DNA of 46,541 nt from Candidatus Dormiibacterota bacterium. GTDB taxonomy: Bacteria > Methylomirabilota > Methylomirabilia > Rokubacteriales > CSP1-6. Location of the stretch: contig DATMMH010000229.1 of assembly GCA_035569855.1 (NCBI GenBank), forward strand, positions 1 to 46,541. Reading direction: 5' to 3'. Within the stretch, counting starts at the first letter, position 1, and every line of letters begins with the position of its first letter. The notes below the pieces were generated by a model. It searched no databases, was not told where the DNA came from, and saw only the letters and a program-made list of their open reading frames with translations. The translations under genes and the position numbers were made by a program. Positions 39,916 through 46,541 of this stretch are shown here, piece after piece.

Positions 39916-40143
39916 ATGCCCACCATGACGCGTGCGTGGTCCCGCTCCCGCTCGGCGCTCGGCGCTCTGGCGCTCGTGGTGGTCGTGGTCGTGGCCTTCC
40001 TCGCCGGTATGCTGGTGGAGCGGCTCATCTCGCACGCGGAGCGCGACGACATGCTGCGGCGGTACGATCAGGCCCTGCGCGAGCACCGCGCCCGCGTCAT
40101 GGAGACGGAGAAGCAGCAGACGGGCGACGCGGCGAAGCCCTAA
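39916..40143 (+). CDS. possible small single-TM protein (75 aa)
   Basis: A hydrophobic segment (ALALVVVVVVAFLAGMLV) is followed by a charged helix. It is the only plus-strand ORF in a gap between minus-strand genes and has a weak RBS. Confidence 0.3.
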   Translation: MPTMTRAWSRSRSALGALALVVVVVVAFLAGMLVERLISHAERDDMLRRYDQALREHRARVMETEKQQTGDAAKP

Positions 40144-40269
40144 CCGGGGCGGTTGTCGTCGTACTTCAAGACCCGCACAGATGCTCCTGCGGCCGCCCCG
40201 CGCAGCGCCGATCGCTCTCACCGATGAAGATTCGCATCAGGACCTGCTCGCCCTCCAGCGTTCGCGTCG

Positions 40270-40665
40270 CTACCACCCTCCCTTCCCTTCCACCAGCACC
40301 CGGCCGAGGGACAGCCCCATCACGCAGCCCACGAGGCACAGGGTGGTCGTGAGCACGACGTACGCGCCGGCCGCGCTCCACGAGCCGGTCTCGACCAGCT
40401 TCACGGTCTCGTAGGAAAAAGACGAGTACGTGGTGAATCCTCCCATGACGCCGACCGCGAGGACGAGCCGTACGGTGTCCGGAATCATGAGGGTGGAGAG
40501 GCCGACCTGCTGCACCACTCCGATGAGAAAGGAGCCGAGCACGTTGATCAACAGCGTGCCGTACGGGAAATCGGGGCCGGCCACCCGCGCCACGAATCCG
40601 CCCAGCAGGTACCGCGCCCCGGTGCCCACCGCTCCCCCGAAGCAGATCCAGATGAATCGCGTCAT
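40270..40665 (-). CDS. crcB: fluoride ion channel CrcB/FluC
   Basis: 131 aa with 4 TM helices, containing GGAVGTGARY and FPYGTLLINVLGSFLIG. GAGGAG lies upstream and the gene is preceded by a fluoride riboswitch. Confidence 0.92.
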   Translation of the reverse strand: MTRFIWICFGGAVGTGARYLLGGFVARVAGPDFPYGTLLINVLGSFLIGVVQQVGLSTLMIPDTVRLVLAVGVMGGFTTYSSFSYETVKLVETGSWSAAGAYVVLTTTLCLVGCVMGLSLGRVLVEGKGGW

Positions 40666-40704
40666 GTGCGCCGATCTCCTCGTGTCGGATCCATTCCCCG
40701 GAAC

Positions 40705-40783
40705 AAAAAAAGACTCCTACCGGTCGAGCCGGTAGGAGTCATCAGCCCGGAGGCCGGGCGGTCTCGGGCGAACTCCATCGCCC
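40705..40783 (-). promoter_or_regulatory. fluoride riboswitch (crcB RNA motif) with terminator expression platform
   Basis: The minus strand reads GGGCGAUGGAGUUCGCCCGAGACCGCCCGGCCUCCGGGCUGAUGACUCCUACCGG, which matches the crcB motif, with a GGAGU/ACUCC pseudoknot. The 3' aptamer strand is also the 5' arm of the hairpin GACUCCUACCGG-cucg-ACCGGUAGGAGUC, which is followed by U7. Confidence 0.85.
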
Positions 40784-40854
40784 TTGTTCTTCGTCGCGTC
40801 GGGAACCGGCCTTAGTATGCATGCAGGGCGACCGCAGTCAAGGAGGGAGACGGC

Positions 40855-41274
40855 ATGAACTGGCTGGCCTACGCGACGCTGTCCGCCGGATTCGCAGGGC
40901 TCGTGGCGGTGCTCGGCAAGATCGGGGTGCGGGGCGTGGACAACACGCTGGCCACCACCGTCCGCGCCGCGGTGATGTTCGGAGCCCTGCTCGTCCTGGC
41001 CCTGGTCCGCGGCAATCTCACGGGGGTGAAGGAGATCGAGGGCCGGGGCCTTCTCTACATCGCGCTCTCGGGGCTCGCCGGCGCCGCCTCGTGGCTCTGC
41101 TACTTCCGCGCCCTGCAGCTCGGCGATGCGCTGCGAGTGGCGCCGATCGATCGGCTGAGCGGAGCGGTGACGCTGGTGCTGGCCGCGGTGCTGCTGCACG
41201 AGCGGGCGCCGGTGTCGGCCTGGCTCGGCACCGGCATGATGCTGCTGGGCGCGGTGATCGTCGCGCGGAGCTGA
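40855..41274 (+). CDS. EamA-like (DMT superfamily) small transporter
   Basis: 139 aa with 4-5 TM helices and a single EamA-type domain pattern. AAGGAGGGA lies upstream of the ATG. It is divergent from crcB. Confidence 0.75.
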   Translation: MNWLAYATLSAGFAGLVAVLGKIGVRGVDNTLATTVRAAVMFGALLVLALVRGNLTGVKEIEGRGLLYIALSGLAGAASWLCYFRALQLGDALRVAPIDRLSGAVTLVLAAVLLHERAPVSAWLGTGMMLLGAVIVARS

Positions 41275-41288
41275 GCGACCCGAGCAGC

Positions 41289-42701
41289 TCACTCCCCCGG
41301 CGGGCGGCGGTCTCCCCAGGGCTGCTCGGCCTCGAACGCGGCGGAGGCGGCCAGCACGGTATGGTCGGCGTGACGACGGCCGACGATCTGCAGCCCCACC
41401 GGCAGGCCCGCACTGGTCATGCCCACCGGGACGGTCGCGGCGGGCTGGCCGGTGAGGTTGAACGGGAAGCAGAACGGGGCCCAGCCGAGCGGCGAGGACG
41501 GCTGGCCGTTGACCTCGTTGAGCCCGGCCCGGCCCACCTCGAACGGCGGGACCGCGACGGTGGGCGTGATCAGGAGATCGAAGCGGGCCAGGAACCGCTG
41601 GACGTCCGTCCAGAGCTCGTGCCGCCGGCGGGTGGCGGCCAGATACTGGGGCAACGTGATGCCGGCGCCGAAGCGCAGCAGGGCGCGGAGCGAGCGGTCC
41701 ATCTTCTCGCCGTCGGCCTCGAGGCGGTCGCCCCACGCCCCCCACGTCTCGGCCCCGATCGTGACCCGGAACATCTCCTCGGGATCCTCCCAGGACGGCG
41801 TCACCACTTCCACGTGGCCGCCGAAGCTCTCGAAGCGCTCCGCGGCGGCCGCGCAGAGATCGGCGACCTCGGGATCCACCCGCGCGTAGCCCAGGTCCGG
41901 CGACCACGCCACGCTCAGGCCCGCGATCCCCCCGTCGCATGCGGCCAGGAACGAGCGACCCGCGGCGGGCAGCGAGTACCGGTCGCGATCGTCGGGCCCC
42001 GCGACCGCGTCGAGCATGAGCGCCGCGTCGCGGACGGTCCGGGTCATCGGGCCGGTGTGCGAGAGCGTCTCCCAGCCCGGAAAGCCCGGAAACTGCGGCA
42101 CGCGGCCGAACGACGGCTTGAGCCCGTAGATCCCGCAGAACGACGCGGGGATCCGGATGGAGCCCCCGCCGTCGGTGCCCACCGCGAGCGGACCGAGTCC
42201 GGCCGCCACGGCGGCTCCCGCGCCGCCGCTCGAGCCGCCGGGGGTGAGGGCCGGATTCCACGGGTTGCGGGTGATCCCGCAGAGCGGGCTCTCGGTCACC
42301 GCCTTGTGCCCGAACTCCGGCGTCGTTGTCTTCCCGACGATGATGGCCCCGGCGCCCTTGAGACGCTCGACCACGACCGCGTCCTCCTCCGGCACGTGAT
42401 CGGCGAAGAGCCGCGAGCCGCCGGCGGTGAGCACCCGTCGGGTGAAGAGCAGGTCCTTGATCGAGACCGGCACGCCGTGCAGCGGGCCGAGCTCCTCGCC
42501 GGTCATCACCGCGACCTCGGCCGCGATGGCCGCGTCGCGCGCCTCCTCGGCGGTCACCGTCGCGAAGCAGTTGAGTGTCGGATTGAGCCGCCCGATGCGG
42601 GCGAGCACCGCTTCCACGACCTCGACGGGCGAGACCTGCTTGGCCCGGATCAGCGCGACGAGCTCGTGCGCGGGAAGCCAGGTGAGATCGGCCGGGCCCA
42701 T
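41289..42701 (-). CDS. amidase (amidase signature family)
   Basis: 470 aa with the AS signature GGSSGGAGAAVAAGL and a conserved KD..., GGSIRIPA pattern. Confidence 0.9.
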   Translation of the reverse strand: MGPADLTWLPAHELVALIRAKQVSPVEVVEAVLARIGRLNPTLNCFATVTAEEARDAAIAAEVAVMTGEELGPLHGVPVSIKDLLFTRRVLTAGGSRLFADHVPEEDAVVVERLKGAGAIIVGKTTTPEFGHKAVTESPLCGITRNPWNPALTPGGSSGGAGAAVAAGLGPLAVGTDGGGSIRIPASFCGIYGLKPSFGRVPQFPGFPGWETLSHTGPMTRTVRDAALMLDAVAGPDDRDRYSLPAAGRSFLAACDGGIAGLSVAWSPDLGYARVDPEVADLCAAAAERFESFGGHVEVVTPSWEDPEEMFRVTIGAETWGAWGDRLEADGEKMDRSLRALLRFGAGITLPQYLAATRRRHELWTDVQRFLARFDLLITPTVAVPPFEVGRAGLNEVNGQPSSPLGWAPFCFPFNLTGQPAATVPVGMTSAGLPVGLQIVGRRHADHTVLAASAAFEAEQPWGDRRPPGE

Positions 42702-42714
42702 CAGCGGCGGCTCC

Positions 42715-43119
42715 TCATCGCGCCGGGTTCACCCGGGCGACGGTGTAGTCCACGTGCGTGGCGCCGGCCCCCTCGATCACGGTCACCCGGCAGAGGTCGT
42801 CCCCCTTGATGAAGTCGGCCCACACCCCGGGGAACTTCTCCGCGTTCACGAAGCGCTCGCTCCGGCTCTCGTTCCACCCCGCGTTCGCGAGCAGTCGACG
42901 CGCGTCGGCCAGCGTCTTGTCGACCGTGTTCTGGGTGAAATAGATGAGGCGGGCCGCGGTGACCTTCTCGGTCCTGATCATGGCCCAGTCGTCGGAGTAC
43001 GGGGTCCACTCGGCGGGCACCGGGATATCGACGAAGGGCTGGATCGGCATCGGCACCGTGACCGGTGCGCACGCGCCCAGGCAGAGCGCGGTTCCGATCA
43101 GCATCGCCCGTGCCTTCAC
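42715..43119 (-). CDS. hypothetical lipoprotein
   Basis: The GTG at 43119 gives (M)KARAMLIGTALCLGAC, a signal peptide with a lipobox. It lies upstream of and co-directional with the amidase. The rest of the 261-aa track ORF is upstream noise. Confidence 0.6.
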   Translation of the reverse strand: MKARAMLIGTALCLGACAPVTVPMPIQPFVDIPVPAEWTPYSDDWAMIRTEKVTAARLIYFTQNTVDKTLADARRLLANAGWNESRSERFVNAEKFPGVWADFIKGDDLCRVTVIEGAGATHVDYTVARVNPAR

Positions 43120-43195
43120 CCGCGGGATTGTATCGTCCGGGGCGCGCAGGGGCAAGCGACGGACCCGGCCAGCGGATGCCGGTATCATCATCGTC

Positions 43196-44539
43196 ATGGA
43201 CCGCGCCGCGCTGCCGCGGCTGCGCGCCTGGCTCGCGCGCGCCGACATCGTCGCCCTCGATCCCGAGCGCATCCCGGCGCTACGCGCCGCGCTCGACGAC
43301 GCCGATCCGCCAGTCACCGCCGGGCGCGGGGGCGCGCTGACCGGGTTCGCCCCGGAGGCCGGACGGCGCCGGCTCGTGCAGTTCGATCGCCGCGGGCGTC
43401 TCGTCGCCGCGTGCCGGTGGGGCGCCGAGGGCGCGCTCGCGTGGGCCAAGTGCCTCCTCCCGGACGGGCGCTGGCTCGGCATCGAGCCGGGCGCGGACAC
43501 GCATCCGGCCTGGGGCCGCTCGGACCGGGTGTGGCTCCTCGAGGCCGGCGTGCCCTGGCGGCCGCGCGAGCTGCTGACGAGCTTCCAGGCGCTCGACTAC
43601 ACGCGCCCCGACTTCATCCCGCCGCTGCTCGAGCCGCGGCGTCTGCCTCCGGGCGGCGGCACCGCGCTGCTCAACCTCGTCGCGGGCCTCATGAAGGATC
43701 AGGGCGTCGCCGCCGTGCGCTATCGGGGCCCCTATCCGACCGAGCAGCTCTTCACCGCCCTGCTCGAGTGCTTCCGCTACGACGCCCGCGAGGCGCTGCC
43801 GCTCGAGCGCTTCCTGGCCGACGGAGCGCTCGACTGGCACCCGGCGCCGTTCGAGACCCACCACGTGACCCCCGGCGTATCGGTCCAGCTCCGGAACGAG
43901 GTCGAGAAGGTGGTGCTGGACGGCGTGCCGTTCTATCGCGCGGAGTGGCAGGAGATCCGGCGGCGCGAGCCGCGGGTGATCCGCCAGGACGGCGATCGGG
44001 TGATCTGCTCGTTGTGGGCGCTCGGCGGGCCGATCGAGGACCGGCTGGTGCTGGATCGCGCCGGCGAGGTGCTGGAGACGCCGGCCCCCGAGTTGGACCG
44101 CGTCGCGCCCGCGCCGCTGCCCCCGGTCTGGCAGGGCGCGCTCGCCGAGCTGATCGCGCGCGAGAGCGCGCCCGCGCTCGCCCCCGCCATCGCCGCGGTG
44201 ACCGCCGCTCTCGATCTCGAGTGGGGCCCGGTGCCGGCGGATCTCCTGCACGTCCACGGCCAGCGCGTCCGCCTGAGCCGGCGCCTGCGCGAGGCCGGCC
44301 TCGCAGCGCGGGCGGGCGCCGTGTCCCCGCAGGAGCGCGCCGAGCAGGCGCTGCGCTTCATCCTGGAGGTGGCCCGTCTCCTCGGGCCCGAGGTGCGCGA
44401 CCGCGCCCAGGCCCATCTCGAATCGCTGAGCGACGCCGAGCAGCGCCGGATCCTCGAGGAGGCCCCGCCCGAGCCACCCGAGACGCTCGGCGAGTCGGTC
44501 GGTCGGCTGATCAGCCTCGTGGTTCGCGGCGGCGGGTAG
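43196..44539 (+). CDS. hypothetical protein (447 aa), no recognised domain
   Basis: I chose the ATG at 43196 within the 531-aa track ORF. Amino-acid usage looks coding (W, Y, F, C spread throughout; not just Arg/Pro/Gly). It is divergent from the lipoprotein-amidase pair. Confidence 0.55.
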   Translation: MDRAALPRLRAWLARADIVALDPERIPALRAALDDADPPVTAGRGGALTGFAPEAGRRRLVQFDRRGRLVAACRWGAEGALAWAKCLLPDGRWLGIEPGADTHPAWGRSDRVWLLEAGVPWRPRELLTSFQALDYTRPDFIPPLLEPRRLPPGGGTALLNLVAGLMKDQGVAAVRYRGPYPTEQLFTALLECFRYDAREALPLERFLADGALDWHPAPFETHHVTPGVSVQLRNEVEKVVLDGVPFYRAEWQEIRRREPRVIRQDGDRVICSLWALGGPIEDRLVLDRAGEVLETPAPELDRVAPAPLPPVWQGALAELIARESAPALAPAIAAVTAALDLEWGPVPADLLHVHGQRVRLSRRLREAGLAARAGAVSPQERAEQALRFILEVARLLGPEVRDRAQAHLESLSDAEQRRILEEAPPEPPETLGESVGRLISLVVRGGG

Positions 44540-44552
44540 CCCGCCGCGAGGG

Positions 44553-45806
44553 CTACGACTTGCCGGCGTGGGCGATCAGCCAGACGTTGAGCAGCACGAA
44601 CCCGGCGACGGAGGCGAGCGACAGCGTGAAGTAGGCGAGGCAGATCGTCTCCTGGCGCGTCAACCAGGTGGCCGAGCGCAGGCGCGACCACAGCGTCTCG
44701 CGCACGAAGCGCGCCGAGTCGTGATTGAGCGTCGGCACCCCCACCAGCTCCACGAGGATGTGATAGCCGTCCATCTCGAGGAACCAGAACGGGTAGAGGC
44801 TGATCAGGAACGACTGCAGCTGCAGGAGCGCGGAGGCGGCCACGAAGCCCTGGATGAGTCCGGGTGAGAGGTGGACCGCGATCCAGAAGCAGAAGCAGCC
44901 GAGGAAGAGATGGAAGAGCGGGCCGGCGACCGAGTTGACGATGCGTGCGCGGCGGGTGGCCATGAAGATGTCGGTCACGTCGGCGTAGAAGGTAGGGATG
45001 AAGCCGTGCAGGATCGTGAAGCCGAACTCCCGCACCCGCCGGCGATAGTGGACGCAGGCCAGCGCGTGGATGATCTGGTGGTTGATCACGGTGAGCCAGA
45101 ACACGATCTTCACGAGCAGGATCGCCAGGAGCGGGTGGCTCGCCAGGCCGTGGGTGACGTCGCTCAGGTCGTGCCAGATCGCCACCCCGCTGCGGGTGCC
45201 CAGCACCACCATGATGCCCAGCGCCACGAGGGCCCACGGCGAGAAGAGCAGGAAGCCGCCGTAGCGGTACATGCGCTCGAAGACCTGATGCGAGCGCCGG
45301 CTCGTGACGGTGAGCCGCTCCAGGGCGTGGAGCGTGCCCTCCATCGCGCGCGCGGCCGGGTTGCGACGGTTGCGGGCCAGCACCGCGCGCAGCCGCGACA
45401 CCGGCCGCATCGTGAGCAGATCGGCGCGCAGGAGCTTGACGATCAGGGTCGGGATGATCTCGAAGTCGAACGAGCCGTAGTGGAGCAGGTACGAGGTCGC
45501 GATCTCCTGGAGCGAGGCCTGCCCGTCCATCTGCTCCCAGAGGAACTTCTCGGTCTCGGTGATCTGGATGATCTGCTCGGTGCGGCGGTTCTTGAGCGCG
45601 TAGGTGACCACGCCCAGCGGGGCGTAGGGCAGGCGCGCCATCTCCCAGTCGGCGTCGGGGATGCGCTGCGGGCGGCTGTGCAGGTAGGCGACCGCGCTGG
45701 GGATCTCGCGCGTCTCGAAGCCGTCACCGTCCGGCTGGCGGACCAGCAGCTCGATTCGCGTGCGCTTCGGTCTGCTCTCCGCGGCCTTGTCGCCGGCCTC
45801 GCTCAC
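44553..45806 (-). CDS. PqqD-like (RRE-type) domain fused to an M50-like membrane metalloprotease homolog with HQxxH in place of HExxH
   Basis: Residues ~80-135 (EKFLWEQMDGQASLQEIATSYLLHYG..IIPTLIVKLLRADLL) fit the PqqD pattern. The TM core has NHQIIHALACVHYRRRVREFG..PTFYADVTD and FLEMDGYHILVEL, which resembles the peptide zinc metalloprotease branch of M50 (HELGHALACKH..., DGYYIL). Confidence 0.7.
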   Translation of the reverse strand: MSEAGDKAAESRPKRTRIELLVRQPDGDGFETREIPSAVAYLHSRPQRIPDADWEMARLPYAPLGVVTYALKNRRTEQIIQITETEKFLWEQMDGQASLQEIATSYLLHYGSFDFEIIPTLIVKLLRADLLTMRPVSRLRAVLARNRRNPAARAMEGTLHALERLTVTSRRSHQVFERMYRYGGFLLFSPWALVALGIMVVLGTRSGVAIWHDLSDVTHGLASHPLLAILLVKIVFWLTVINHQIIHALACVHYRRRVREFGFTILHGFIPTFYADVTDIFMATRRARIVNSVAGPLFHLFLGCFCFWIAVHLSPGLIQGFVAASALLQLQSFLISLYPFWFLEMDGYHILVELVGVPTLNHDSARFVRETLWSRLRSATWLTRQETICLAYFTLSLASVAGFVLLNVWLIAHAGKS

Positions 45807-45824
45807 GATCGAGCCCCGGGGGCG

Positions 45825-46325
45825 CTACTTGTGCTCGATGTCGAGACCCGTGGCCTCCAGCCCCCAGCGGGTGACCTCGGCGACCAGGTCGCTGGAGTCG
45901 CGCAGACGCTTGAAGGCCACCTGGGCCATCTGCTGGAAGAACTTGGCCGCGGCGAGCGGGCTGCTCGCGGTGAAGCGGCTCAGGCTGTCGCGGTCGAGGC
46001 TGAAGAGCACCGTGTCGATCTCGGCCTGGCAGGTGGCGGACCGCCGTCGCTCGTCGCCGAAGAGGCTCATCTCGCCGAACACCTCGCCGGGGGCGATGCG
46101 CGAGAGCACCTGCTCCACCCGGCCGGTGACCGGCTTGGAGACGACGATGCTGCCGTCCTTGATGAGGAACAGCTCCTCGCCCATGTCACCCGCCCGGAAG
46201 AGCACGTCGCCCTTCTTCAGCCGTCGCTCCCTGAAGCTCGGCCACAGGGCGAGCAGCACGGGTTCCTCCAGATCCTTAAACAGGACGACGCGACGCAGGA
46301 ACCCGATCTCGGGGAGGTTGGCCAC
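45825..46325 (-). CDS. stand-alone cyclic nucleotide-binding domain protein (no DNA-binding domain)
   Basis: 166 aa containing LFKDLEEPVL, GDVLFRAGD and FGEMSLFGDERRRSATCQA, a canonical cNMP-binding fold pattern. GTG start at 46325. Confidence 0.85.
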   Translation of the reverse strand: MANLPEIGFLRRVVLFKDLEEPVLLALWPSFRERRLKKGDVLFRAGDMGEELFLIKDGSIVVSKPVTGRVEQVLSRIAPGEVFGEMSLFGDERRRSATCQAEIDTVLFSLDRDSLSRFTASSPLAAAKFFQQMAQVAFKRLRDSSDLVAEVTRWGLEATGLDIEHK

Positions 46326-46354
46326 TCAGCGGGATCCGGCGGGGCGCGTGGTCA

Positions 46355-46540
46355 TCAGGTCGCCCAGCGCTTGAGCATGACGTTTTGCAACGCGCGGGCC
46401 CGATCTCGATCCGAGACGTTGGCGGTGCTCCCGAGCGCCTGCATGATGACGGCGCGCTCGTCGGCGGTGAGCTCGAAGCCGGCCAGTACCTGGGCGGGGT
46501 CGCGCACGAGGTCGACAAGGAACTCCTTGTCGATCATCAC
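46355..46540 (-). CDS. small protein with LigA/NHLP-clan-like motif, possibly cut by the window edge
   Basis: (M)MIDKEFLVDLVRDPAQVLAGFELTADERAVIMQAL resembles the LigA-subunit/NHLP-clan helical motif (DP..vL..y.Lt.eEr.al). No in-frame stop is visible upstream before the window ends, so the N-terminus is unproven. Confidence 0.4.
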   Translation of the reverse strand: MMIDKEFLVDLVRDPAQVLAGFELTADERAVIMQALGSTANVSDRDRARALQNVMLKRWAT

Positions 46541-46541
46541 C

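Overview
High-GC (about 70% by eye, not computed) bacterial chromosomal window. Most of it is minus-strand housekeeping operons packed with ATGA/GTGA stop-start overlaps. These are GT2-ftsB-eno, ispA-xseB-xseA-folD-ymdB-rny, a 6S-like RNA with zapA and zapB, pheT-pheS-rplT-rpmI-infC-thrS, tRNA-Val, a 5'-nucleotidase with TonB, a PhnD-like binding protein with a hybrid histidine kinase, two tandem DAHP synthases behind a structured leader, and a Liv-type ABC transporter operon. Further along are LOG, USP, and crcB with a clear fluoride riboswitch, then an amidase. I found no rRNA, CRISPR array, transposase or integrase. Four regions look accessory or unusual. (1) A visibly AT-richer ~1.2 kb islet sits just downstream of the initiator tRNA-fMet gene. 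It encodes a RelA/SpoT-type (toxSAS-like) nucleotidyltransferase translationally coupled to an unknown 79-aa protein, and this is my top candidate for an undescribed TA/defence-like module. (2) To its left is a field of gene remnants organised around a ~160-bp duplicated segment, with a tRNA 3'-half-like scar further left. (3) At the right edge, three co-directional genes encode a small LigA/NHLP-like protein, a stand-alone cNMP-binding domain, and a PqqD-like domain fused to an M50-type membrane metalloprotease whose HExxH is HQxxH. This group is cut by the window edge. (4) An unclassified terminator/antiterminator leader precedes the DAHP synthase pair. All protein calls come from motif recognition in the supplied translations. 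No database search was run.
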